Positions 37,116 to 44,696 of a stretch of DNA of 53,268 nucleotides are shown here, piece by piece (the first letter of the stretch is position 1; each line of letters opens with the position of its first letter). The translations under genes and the position numbers were made by a program. The notes under the pieces were generated by a model. It saw nothing but the letters and a program-made list of their open reading frames with translations, was not told the DNA's origin and searched no databases. This DNA is from Escherichia phage Ecp_YSF, in the sequence record OR327751.1; one strand, written 5' to 3'.

Positions 37116-39056
37116 ATGATTACTATCACCACTCAAACTATCAAATCTGTTGTTCCTGCTATCACTGCTCTGGTATACCGTGCCAAAGAGAAGCAGAACT
37201 ATATGCAGCCTCAGACTTGTGCTATTGCTGCCCTAGCCATATTCAAGATGATGACGTCTTTCACTCGTGATGACGTTGTTCCTGCCATTGCGATGGTTGA
37301 GCTGGCTTCTGCTTCTATTGCTGATGCCAACCGCTACAACAACGATTTGAAAGCAATGCACTATGTTGACCCAGCTATCAACCTCATTGGTTTGGCTAAG
37401 CACTTTGGCTTCATCACCATGAACGAAGACAAGTCATTCCAGCAAACTGACACATGGGTTGAACTGGTTACAACCAAAGACACAGCAGTGCCATTCACTG
37501 AGCGTGTTACATCTGAATCTCGTCGCAAGCCTTTCGTTAAAGGTGGCAAAGTTAAGCCATCCAAAACTCTGAAAGCTGCAATCGAATTCCTGCAAGATAC
37601 TGAGTACCATGTGGAGACTGAGATGGTTCGCATCATCCAGTCCATGCTTGAGCAACGTACTTATGGTGGCTTGCAGATGCCAGAAGCAATCCAAACTGAA
37701 CTCCATGTTTGGAACAATGCTGTAGCAATGATGAATCAGGATAAGCTGTATTCTGACTACTTTGCTGATAACCGTGGTCGTCTGTATCATGTAGCATGTG
37801 CTGGTCCTAACCCACAATCCTCTGACTTTGCTCGTTGCTTGTATTCTCACAATGTTGAGAACATCGTTAAGAAGTTTAACGAAGATGGTTCTACTACCAT
37901 TGCATACAACATGTTCATGGCAGAGCTGGAAGATATTTCCGGTGGTGAATGGTGCAGTGCTAAGCGTTTAACTTATGTTGCTCAGAATCCAGCTGGTTCA
38001 CTTGCTCGCATGATGAACATGCCTAAAGCTGAGCGTCCTTCTAAGCCATTCACTTATGTTCGTCTGGCTCTGGATTGGTTCAAGTTTGAGACTACAGGTG
38101 AATGCGATTCTCGTGTAGGCTTTGGCTTAGATGCTAAATGTTCTGGTACTCAATATCTGGCATTCATTGCTGGTAACATGGAAATGGCTCGTGCAACAGG
38201 TCTGGTTGATTCTGAGACTAAAGCATCTGACCCATACCAGTTGAGTCTTCGTGAACTGTTGAAGCTGCTGGACAAGTCTTCAATGAAACCATCTCCTGAA
38301 ATTATGGATGAATTCTTGAATCCGAAAGCTGGTCGTAAGTTTATCAAAACTCCATACATGGCTATCCAATATGGTGGTGGTAAAGCTGCACTAACTGGTT
38401 CTTCTGACTTTATCTCCTACATGACAGAAGCTCTCCAGATTCCTATGGAGAAAGCTGAGGCATTTGCTGAACTGTGTGTAGAAGCAATCCATAACGCATT
38501 GGGTGCTAAGATTAACATGTTCATTGAGAAAGCTGCTGATGCTGCATACAACCGTTGTGTTGAACTTGGTAAAGAGTACATCACATACCGTCACACTGAT
38601 GGTCAGGTTGTAATGAAGCCTTGCTTCCCATCTCGTGAAATCTGTGAGGCATTCAGCATTCGTGTTGACTCCCAAACTCGTGTTATCTTTGGTCAGATTC
38701 AGGAGAATAAGCCTTGGACCATTCGTGAATCCAATCCAACTAAAGAAGAATTCAAGCGTACTTTCGTTGTTAACTACATTCAAGGTATTGACGCACTGGT
38801 TGCTCGTACTGTTGCAGTTAAAGCTAAAGAAGCTGGTCTTCGTGGCTTTACTTCAATTCACGATTGTTTCCGTTGCTGCTTAGCTGATGCTCCACGTATG
38901 ATGGAAGTTATTCGTGCAGCATATGTTGAAATCTTCGTAACCAACAATCAATTCGAGAATCTGTCTAAGCAACTCGGTGGCATTCAGATGTATCATGAGA
39001 ACATCGTAACCGAAGAGCTTCTGATGAGCGAACACGCTTACTACTTCTGTCAATAA
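37116..39056 (+). CDS. single-subunit DNA-directed RNA polymerase (T7-like, compact, 646 aa)
   Basis: Motif A-like GLDAKCSGTQYLA, motif B-like KFIKTPYMAIQYGGG, motif C FTSIHDCF. RBS GGAG upstream. Confidence 0.9.
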   Translation: MITITTQTIKSVVPAITALVYRAKEKQNYMQPQTCAIAALAIFKMMTSFTRDDVVPAIAMVELASASIADANRYNNDLKAMHYVDPAINLIGLAKHFGFITMNEDKSFQQTDTWVELVTTKDTAVPFTERVTSESRRKPFVKGGKVKPSKTLKAAIEFLQDTEYHVETEMVRIIQSMLEQRTYGGLQMPEAIQTELHVWNNAVAMMNQDKLYSDYFADNRGRLYHVACAGPNPQSSDFARCLYSHNVENIVKKFNEDGSTTIAYNMFMAELEDISGGEWCSAKRLTYVAQNPAGSLARMMNMPKAERPSKPFTYVRLALDWFKFETTGECDSRVGFGLDAKCSGTQYLAFIAGNMEMARATGLVDSETKASDPYQLSLRELLKLLDKSSMKPSPEIMDEFLNPKAGRKFIKTPYMAIQYGGGKAALTGSSDFISYMTEALQIPMEKAEAFAELCVEAIHNALGAKINMFIEKAADAAYNRCVELGKEYITYRHTDGQVVMKPCFPSREICEAFSIRVDSQTRVIFGQIQENKPWTIRESNPTKEEFKRTFVVNYIQGIDALVARTVAVKAKEAGLRGFTSIHDCFRCCLADAPRMMEVIRAAYVEIFVTNNQFENLSKQLGGIQMYHENIVTEELLMSEHAYYFCQ

Positions 39057-39097
39057 CATTAATTGGGTCAAGGATGACCACAAACTTGGAGACTACA

Positions 39098-39298
39098 ATG
39101 AATACCATGCAAATCAATCAAATCGAAAACTGTTTCAATCCTCATCACACCTGTGACATGAGTGATTTATCTCGTCCTACGGTGGAGGAGACTAAAGACT
39201 TCTTAGAATTGTTATCAGAATATAAGCAAGAGTCGCATGTATTATTGCACGCATTCTTGCATAATTCTGGATTCTTTGATACAGAAATACCGTTCTGA
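39098..39298 (+). CDS. small acidic protein ending in ..FFDTEIPF (66 aa)
   Basis: ATG 39098 lies 6 nt after GGAG (39088-39091). The ORF-track start ATG 39074 has no spaced RBS. Confidence 0.55.
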   Translation: MNTMQINQIENCFNPHHTCDMSDLSRPTVEETKDFLELLSEYKQESHVLLHAFLHNSGFFDTEIPF

Positions 39299-39303
39299 TA
39301 CTT

Positions 39304-39329
39304 GGGAGCTTCGGCTCCCTATTTTTGTT
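39304..39329 (+). terminator. strong rho-independent terminator after the RNA polymerase operon
   Basis: GGGAGC-TTCG-GCTCCC followed by TATTTTTGTT. Confidence 0.85.
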
Positions 39330-39367
39330 CTAATTAATCTTAGAGCTGGCTTCAATATTGTAGCCAG

Positions 39368-39390
39368 TTGTAACATTAGTTGGATGTGAA
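39368..39390 (+). promoter_or_regulatory. phage RNA polymerase promoter P2
   Basis: Core ATTAGTTGGATGTGAA matches at 16 of 16 positions. The hairpin AGCTGGC..GCCAGTT lies immediately upstream. Confidence 0.7.
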
Positions 39391-39633
39391 GTAACAGAAT
39401 ACGGAGAAGTATTCCGCATGTCATGTTGAAATCATTCTAGAAACATTTCAGCATGTCAACTAAACATACAGCGTTGTAATGATGTGGCAATCATTGAACT
39501 CCCTGTCTTTGGCCGGACAAAGTTCCAGCAACCATGTGTGAAGTAGGAATATCATTCGAAACTGTTCTTCAAATAAACATGACTTATCCCTAAAGAAGCT
39601 GGGACAGCTCATGTAGTACCAGCATGTTCAATT

Positions 39634-39661
39634 GTGACAATATTGCTCCATCTCCTATTAT
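39634..39661 (+). promoter_or_regulatory. possible sigma70-type early promoter
   Basis: GTGACA (39634-39639), a 16-nt spacer, then TATTAT (39656-39661). Confidence 0.35.
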
Positions 39662-40058
39662 AAAGGCCCACCCACAAGCCGGGAGATAACTTTGGTAATA
39701 TTGGAACTTTTGGACATGCTTCTTTCTTTCAATCAGAATTCGAAAGAAGAGAAGAGTCGGAGCAAAGCCGCGAAACTAATCCCGTAGCCCGCCCCGATTT
39801 TGAGCAACAAATATTGTGACAATTTTGTCGCAGTATGGCATGTAAATATTGCTACAAATTGGCATGTTGGAATGTGGCAGAATTGTTAGAGGACTAATCC
39901 CCTCGAAGATACAATCGTCTACCAATCTGGCATGTTATTTTTGTAACAGTATTTGTGCCAATTTCGCATGTATTAGCTGTATCAGTATTAACCCAATATT
40001 CTTGCAACCCGCATGAATACTGGCTTCCAGCCAAGCGAAGGCTTTATCATCGCATGTA

Positions 40059-40075
40059 AATATTGTGACAATATT
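40059..40075. promoter_or_regulatory. perfect 17-bp palindrome AATATTGTGACAATATT (operator-like)
   Basis: Read directly. Related sites lie at 39629-39645, 39810-39826, 39845-39860, 39937-39953 and 40207-40221. Confidence 0.6.
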
Positions 40076-40112
40076 GGGATAAAACCCTTTATTTAATTAG
40101 TTTTATTATGCT

Positions 40113-40136
40113 GTACATGGTCGGTTTTCCGTACCT
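40113..40136 (+). repeat. 24-nt element GTACATGGTCGGT-N5-GTACCT (copy 2)
   Basis: Matches 36628-36651. Confidence 0.6.
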
Positions 40137-40262
40137 GCTTGCTCCAATCTTAATGTGCCAAATACGTTAAGTATGGGAGTAAACCTGTAATTAATGGTGC
40201 ATGTTTAATTGTGACAAAATTCGTCTATTTGGCAGATGAATTAGTTGCAATTAAGCATGTTC

Positions 40263-40285
40263 ATTTATCATTAGTTGCATGTGAA
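40263..40285 (+). promoter_or_regulatory. phage RNA polymerase promoter P3
   Basis: Core ATTAGTTGCATGTGAA matches at 15 of 16 positions. A weaker copy, ATTAGTTGCAATTAAG, lies at 40240-40255. Confidence 0.6.
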
Positions 40286-40484
40286 TAAGACCAAATCTCT
40301 GTAAATTCTGCCGAAATTGTGTGACAGATTTTAGAGAGATTATGTCTCCAAGCTAATCATTGCAGTTTTTCGACACTTTGTGTGTCACATATAGCCTGTG
40401 AAAAACGTGTGGTATATTGCTGGATTGCGACGCGCCCACCAGACTAGGAAGTCACTGACGGCGGCACACACAGGAATACTATAT

Positions 40485-40555
40485 AACTCCCTACAACTTT
40501 AAGGTGGATTGAGGTAAGACAAGACCTCCACAATCGTTCTGTAGGGAGTTCTTTT
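40485..40555 (+). promoter_or_regulatory. structured leader element (11-bp basal stem plus T-run) just upstream of the first early gene
   Basis: AACTCCCTACA (40485-40495) pairs with TGTAGGGAGTT (40540-40550), followed by CTTTT. Confidence 0.35.
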
Positions 40556-40571
40556 AACTCAGGAGAATAAA

Positions 40572-40790
40572 ATGACTCGTTTTAAAGATTTGGTAGATGG
40601 TGCAATCTTCTTTACGCGTGGTGGGGAACATCTGCAAAAGGTTTTGGAAGATGACATTAATGTAAATGCTGTATTCGTTGGTGATTCTAACATTGGTGTT
40701 TTATTAAATGACAATGAAAGGACTTTTACCGAGGAGGAGTTTAAAGAAATCTCAGCCTCTGATTTAGTTCAAGAGCCAATTGAAGTTTAA
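40572..40790 (+). CDS. early hypothetical protein (72 aa)
   Basis: RBS AGGAG upstream of the ATG. Confidence 0.65.
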   Translation: MTRFKDLVDGAIFFTRGGEHLQKVLEDDINVNAVFVGDSNIGVLLNDNERTFTEEEFKEISASDLVQEPIEV

Positions 40791-40833
40791 TGCGTGGGAG
40801 GGGGAGTAAACCCTCCAAATTTGGAGAGCAGAA

Positions 40834-41064
40834 ATGAATTATGCACTGTATTGTTATTTAAACAAGCAAGGCTTTGTTAAGCACGCCCTAGTTAACATTA
40901 AAACTAAGGAAGTATTATTGGCCGACCAATCAATTGTTGATTTCAGATTGGTATGGAAGAAAGCAATGCATCCTGGACATGTTTGGGAAACAATTCAGTT
41001 GGATAAGCACCACAAAATTGTGGCAACTGCTACTCGTCCAGACCATATTCTACCAAGAGGTTAA
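40834..41064 (+). CDS. early hypothetical protein (76 aa)
   Basis: RBS GGAGAG. Confidence 0.6.
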   Translation: MNYALYCYLNKQGFVKHALVNIKTKEVLLADQSIVDFRLVWKKAMHPGHVWETIQLDKHHKIVATATRPDHILPRG

Positions 41065-41066
41065 TC

Positions 41067-41255
41067 ATGGACTTCATCGTCTACTTTAAGTTAAATGGTG
41101 TGGAGCAAAGATTGTACTTCAATTCTTTACTTCGTCTGCAACAGTGGGCGGAGAAGTTTGTTGGGTATGACTTTGAATACATCAACGCATGTACACCTGA
41201 CGAACATGAGGAAATCGTGTTCAGTTCATTGAGCCAAATTCTGGAGGCAAAATGA
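41067..41255 (+). CDS. early hypothetical protein (62 aa)
   Basis: Tightly packed ORF with RBS AGAGG. Confidence 0.6.
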   Translation: MDFIVYFKLNGVEQRLYFNSLLRLQQWAEKFVGYDFEYINACTPDEHEEIVFSSLSQILEAK

Positions 41256-41500
41256 CGCAGTTTAAATTGAAGGCCGACTTAATAGAGTTGGCCTCTTATG
41301 AAGAAAAGATTGAGTTCATACAAGAGCGTCTTGTTGTCAACTTTAATAATTGGATACACCTTCCAGTAAGTGATGTAGTTAAAGAAGTTAAAAATGATTT
41401 CGGCATCGAAATCACAAAAAGACAATTCAATAAAGATGTTATGACTGACCGAATCATGGACAGTTTGATTAACAACTTTATGTCCTACAAAGGTATGTGA
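41252..41500 (+). CDS. early hypothetical protein (82 aa)
   Basis: ATGA overlap with the upstream gene. Confidence 0.6.
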   Translation: MTQFKLKADLIELASYEEKIEFIQERLVVNFNNWIHLPVSDVVKEVKNDFGIEITKRQFNKDVMTDRIMDSLINNFMSYKGM

Positions 41501-41502
41501 TA

Positions 41503-41676
41503 ATGAACGACCAGCAATTCAACACATTCATGCAGCAAATTAATCATCAAGAATTGATGGACACTCTCAAAGGCAAGAAGCCAGTCGAACGTCAATATCG
41601 TAAAATTGATAATTATATGCCAACCATTATTGCATGTGTTGGATTTCTAATTGTTCTCTACTTCCTGGTGAAATAG
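41503..41676 (+). CDS. small membrane protein (57 aa, C-terminal TM; not in the ORF track)
   Basis: My own translation: MNDQQFNTFMQQ...PTIIACVGFLIVLYFLVK. It fills the gap exactly. Confidence 0.45.
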   Translation: MNDQQFNTFMQQINHQELMDTLKGKKPVERQYRKIDNYMPTIIACVGFLIVLYFLVK

Positions 41677-41760
41677 ATGGATATTGTAAAGAAACTAGTA
41701 TTCTGTATTATGATGTTCCCACTTGTGCTACTTGTTGTTGGCGCATTCATGTACTTTTAA
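41677..41760 (+). CDS. possible 27-aa hydrophobic peptide
   Basis: MDIVKKLVFCIMMFPLVLLVVGAFMYF. The ATG abuts the preceding stop codon. Confidence 0.25.
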   Translation: MDIVKKLVFCIMMFPLVLLVVGAFMYF

Positions 41761-41773
41761 TGCCGGAGTTATT

Positions 41774-42037
41774 ATGGCTACCAGAACAGGCATGATGATT
41801 GTCCCAAGCCGTAATAACTCTTTAAGCGGCTTTACACCATATAAAATCTATGAAGTGATTTCTGGCACTGGTGAAGCAAACCTGTCAGAAGTTGCTTTGA
41901 AGTTGGGCCGTATGGTCCATTCCGAAATCTCCTGTAACGTAGTTGATGATGAAGGTAAAATCCGTTTTGTAACAATGGATTTCTTTCGTGAATTTAACCT
42001 CAAATCTGAGATAGGTGTTTTATATCATGAAATTTAA
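41774..42037 (+). CDS. early small protein, paralog family member (87 aa)
   Basis: ATG 41774 follows GGAG. The ORF-track start is 41723. Confidence 0.6.
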   Translation: MATRTGMMIVPSRNNSLSGFTPYKIYEVISGTGEANLSEVALKLGRMVHSEISCNVVDDEGKIRFVTMDFFREFNLKSEIGVLYHEI

Positions 42038-42254
42038 ATGTGTTGCTTCAACCAAAGATTATGTTCCAGTTGGCTTCATCGTTGAGGGTGAAGCTATCTC
42101 GCCTTTGGAATTTAAAGTGACTAAATCTGCTGAGAATGTGTCTCCAGCATTTCGTAAAGGTGCTGTAGTGCCTATGAATGGTGCATTCTGGACATGGCAG
42201 CGTGACCATGAAGCAGAATTTGCAGATATTTGTGAACAAGGGTTATTGCAATGA
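42027..42254 (+). CDS. early small protein, paralog family member (75 aa)
   Basis: Begins MKFKCVAST.., similar to the next gene's MTKFKCVKST... Confidence 0.55.
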   Translation: MKFKCVASTKDYVPVGFIVEGEAISPLEFKVTKSAENVSPAFRKGAVVPMNGAFWTWQRDHEAEFADICEQGLLQ

Positions 42255-42481
42255 CAAAGTTTAAGTGCGTGAAATCGACCTCTTCATCTGAATACTCTCC
42301 GAAAGTTGGAGATGTGATTGAGGGGAGGATTATGCACGTAGAGCGGAGAGGCAAAATCGAGCCTCGCATACTCCTTTCAAAAGTCAGTGACCGTAAAGAT
42401 GCCAATGGCAATCCATACTTTGGTGAAGGAGAAAATATTCCTTTAGAGGGTGGAATCTGGTCCTGGGAAGAAGTTAAATAA
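42251..42481 (+). CDS. early small protein, paralog family member (76 aa)
   Basis: ATGA overlap with the upstream gene. Shares the KFKCV / G.V.EG / W.W pattern. Confidence 0.6.
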   Translation: MTKFKCVKSTSSSEYSPKVGDVIEGRIMHVERRGKIEPRILLSKVSDRKDANGNPYFGEGENIPLEGGIWSWEEVK

Positions 42482-42544
42482 TTTCCTCAACCATTCTTAT
42501 AATGAGAGTGGTTGCTGAATATTATTAATTAACTTGGAGCATTT

Positions 42545-42835
42545 ATGAAACAACGTACTCGTTTACAGCGTGACCCCGCCACAGGCCGCTTGTTACCAGC
42601 ATATTTGAAAGTTGGTGACTTAGTTTACACTCGTGACTTTGCTTTTGATATTTGCCCAAGCAAAGCATATGAAGTTCTCGCCACCAGCTTGTCTGGTCCT
42701 AAAGTAATATTTGGTGCTCTTGAGCCAATCCAGTTAACTGGAACTCAGTTTGTCATTAAAGATGAATCTGGTTGCAATCGTATCTTCAATCTCGAAGGTG
42801 GATTATCCAAATGGGAGAAGGTGAAGCGTGGGTAA
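42545..42835 (+). CDS. early small protein, paralog family member (96 aa)
   Basis: RBS GGAG. Confidence 0.6.
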   Translation: MKQRTRLQRDPATGRLLPAYLKVGDLVYTRDFAFDICPSKAYEVLATSLSGPKVIFGALEPIQLTGTQFVIKDESGCNRIFNLEGGLSKWEKVKRG

Positions 42836-43061
42836 GAATTATATCGAAATGTTTAAACGACTGACCGTCAATGGGCAGGAGTTCTTGCTGAATGATGCAA
42901 GGCAAGATATCGAATTGTCTGACAAGTATTCTTATTTTGACCAAAAGACAATTGTGAAGTGGACATTCTCTTACATGTCCGCCAATACTCCCGGAGAAAC
43001 GCTTGTGATTAGCGGCTCTGGTGATTCCGTATTATCCGCTTTGGAGAAACTAAAGCAATGA
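42828..43061 (+). CDS. early hypothetical protein (77 aa)
   Basis: GTG start follows GGGAGAAGG. Confidence 0.5.
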   Translation: MGKNYIEMFKRLTVNGQEFLLNDARQDIELSDKYSYFDQKTIVKWTFSYMSANTPGETLVISGSGDSVLSALEKLKQ

Positions 43062-43345
43062 ACAAGAATTCAGTCTTACGTTATGTTGGTAAAACAAATT
43101 ACAACTTTACCAACGGTAAGAAATACAAAATCGTCGCAGGTCGTGGTGACGGGGTTCCTCGCAACAACGGTACACTCGGTGCGTATATTCAATCTCCTTT
43201 GGGTTTTGTCGTTAATGACGATAACCGCAATTTATGTTATCGCACATTCTCCGATAATTGGGAACTTGTGAAAGATTCTGGTGAAGTTAGTTGGTATAAA
43301 CCTGAATCAAACATTGACCCAATTCCTGTATCGAAGGTGATGTGA
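43058..43345 (+). CDS. early small protein, paralog family member (95 aa)
   Basis: ATGA overlap with the upstream gene. Confidence 0.6.
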   Translation: MNKNSVLRYVGKTNYNFTNGKKYKIVAGRGDGVPRNNGTLGAYIQSPLGFVVNDDNRNLCYRTFSDNWELVKDSGEVSWYKPESNIDPIPVSKVM

Positions 43346-43470
43346 GGATTGAATATTAAATACCTAATACTGACACTTACTATTAGCGTTGTTATACTTA
43401 CGATTGTTATAGGCTTTGCCAACCTGCTGCTATTACAAGCAGGAATATAAACTGGCGCGTTAAATTAACA

Positions 43471-43493
43471 AGGAGCATTCATTGAGTGTTCCT
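43471..43493 (+). terminator. conserved hairpin immediately upstream of promoter P4 (terminator or processing site)
   Basis: AGGAGCA-TTCATTGAG-TGTTCCT. Covaries with the hairpin at 44071-44092. Confidence 0.4.
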
Positions 43494-43498
43494 GATTA

Positions 43499-43521
43499 AT
43501 CTGACATTAGTTGCGTGTGAA
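43499..43521 (+). promoter_or_regulatory. phage RNA polymerase promoter P4
   Basis: Core ATTAGTTGCGTGTGAA matches at 14 of 16 positions. Confidence 0.6.
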
Positions 43522-43542
43522 TAACAACTTTTGGAGGTATTT

Positions 43543-44064
43543 ATGTTTTACACTGGTGTGGGAAGTCGTGAAACTCCCGAGCATATTTGCGAACTGCTGA
43601 CTAAAGTAGCTTCCAAACTGGCCAGGCTTGGCTGGGTAGTTCGTACGGGAGGTGCTCAAGGTGCTGACGAAGCATTCCTGGCTGGCTGCAACGGAAGGAC
43701 AGAGAACTTTATACCTTGGAATGGTTTTGGAAGTTATGGTGGCGTAGTACCGGACCTGAATCGAAATTGGGAATACCTGCAAAGTGTTGAAAACGTAAAC
43801 CCGCTAATTCACAAGAAAGAAACCAGAAACCTCGACAAATACAGAGGATTTTGGAAACTGCAGGCACGAAATGTTAGTCAGGTACTTGGGCTTAACTTAG
43901 ACACTCCATCCAAGTTCTGTATCTTGTACGCTCTGACAACATCAACTGGTGTGAGCGGAGGCACCAACACTGCATATCAGGTTGCAGTGCAGTCTGGAAT
44001 ACCTTGTTTTAACCTGTTTGACCCTGCTGTAGTAGCAAGGTTTGAGAAATTTGTATCTGAGTGA
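43543..44064 (+). CDS. DprA/Smf-like Rossmann (SLOG superfamily) domain protein
   Basis: YTGVGSRETP...LARLGWVVRTGGAQGADEAF matches the GSR...sGGa.G.D..a pattern. ATG 43543 follows GGAGG. Confidence 0.5.
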   Translation: MFYTGVGSRETPEHICELLTKVASKLARLGWVVRTGGAQGADEAFLAGCNGRTENFIPWNGFGSYGGVVPDLNRNWEYLQSVENVNPLIHKKETRNLDKYRGFWKLQARNVSQVLGLNLDTPSKFCILYALTTSTGVSGGTNTAYQVAVQSGIPCFNLFDPAVVARFEKFVSE

Positions 44065-44070
44065 TTATCA

Positions 44071-44092
44071 GGGTGCATTTACGAGTGTACCC
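44071..44092 (+). terminator. conserved hairpin immediately upstream of promoter P5
   Basis: GGGTGCA-TTTACGAG-TGTACCC. Confidence 0.4.
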
Positions 44093-44095
44093 GAA

Positions 44096-44118
44096 TAATC
44101 CAATTAGTTGGATATGAG
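44096..44118 (+). promoter_or_regulatory. phage RNA polymerase promoter P5
   Basis: Core ATTAGTTGGATATGAG matches at 14 of 16 positions. Confidence 0.6.
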
Positions 44119-44189
44119 GGACAAAGCTATTCCGTGGTTAGCAATGTCACTGAAACTTAAACTGTAATTAACTTAAGAGAATCTTAATC

Positions 44190-44564
44190 ATGGCACAATA
44201 TTCAGATGTAAACACTGGCATTATCGGTCCTAACGGCTTCAAGAAAGACCCAAAACATCCTGACATTCGTGGGCGTATTAACGTTGACGGAATCTGGTAT
44301 TGGGTATCTGGCTGGAATAAGCAAGCAAATGGTAATGAATTTACCTCACTTGCATTAACCATCATGACCCAAGAACAGGTTGATGAAATGATGCGTAAGC
44401 GTGAAGAGAAAGCTAAAGCCAAAGCTCAACCTCAAGCTGCCGCTCAACAGCAACAGCAACGCCAGCAACCTTCTGCGCAACAGCAAGCTCCTACTCAACA
44501 ACAGCAGCAGAGCAACTATAACCCGAACGAGCCGAAAGATTTCGACGACGACATTCCGTTCTAA
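44190..44564 (+). CDS. small protein with a Gln-rich linker and an E. coli SSB-type C-terminal tip (DFDDDIPF)
   Basis: The last 8 residues, DFDDDIPF, equal the E. coli SSB C-terminus as I recall it. They follow the low-complexity stretch QPQAAAQQQQQRQQPSAQQQAPTQQQQQ. Confidence 0.65.
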   Translation: MAQYSDVNTGIIGPNGFKKDPKHPDIRGRINVDGIWYWVSGWNKQANGNEFTSLALTIMTQEQVDEMMRKREEKAKAKAQPQAAAQQQQQRQQPSAQQQAPTQQQQQSNYNPNEPKDFDDDIPF

Positions 44565-44576
44565 TGGAGATGCCCT

Positions 44577-44696
44577 ATGAAAATTCTATGTTTTATGGGG
44601 CTACATAATTGGGAAATTTCACACGAAAACGATTATGTAACCATTTGGGTTTGCAAACACTGTGCAGTAATGCGTGAGGAATATCATGGGAGCTAG
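44577..44696 (+). CDS. 39-aa zinc-ribbon-like peptide (not in the ORF track)
   Basis: MKILCFMGLHNWEISHENDYVTIWVCKHCAVMREEYHGS. GGAG lies 8 nt upstream. Confidence 0.4.
   Translation: MKILCFMGLHNWEISHENDYVTIWVCKHCAVMREEYHGS

Larger units (their letters stand above)
39416..40282 (+). repeat. array of 11 GCATGT hexamers, most followed by AT-rich 17-bp palindrome-like sites
   Basis: GCATGT starts at 39416, 39451, 39622, 39838, 39862, 39930, 39966, 40052, 40199, 40255 and 40277. Confidence 0.7.

Noticed and set aside
39629-40221. Resemblance of the AATTGTGA half-sites to the lac operator (AATTGTGAGC...), to CRP sites and to TyrR boxes.
   Set aside because: The half-site spacing and the second half do not fit LacI, CRP (TGTGA-N6-TCACA) or TyrR (TGTAAA-N6-TTTACA) consensus geometry, so this is probably coincidence.
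43352-43453. 33-codon hydrophobic ORF (TTG start) between 43345 and promoter P4.
   Set aside because: It has a non-ATG start immediately abutting GAGGA with no spacer, is very short, and is mirrored by an equally open - strand ORF in AT-rich sequence.
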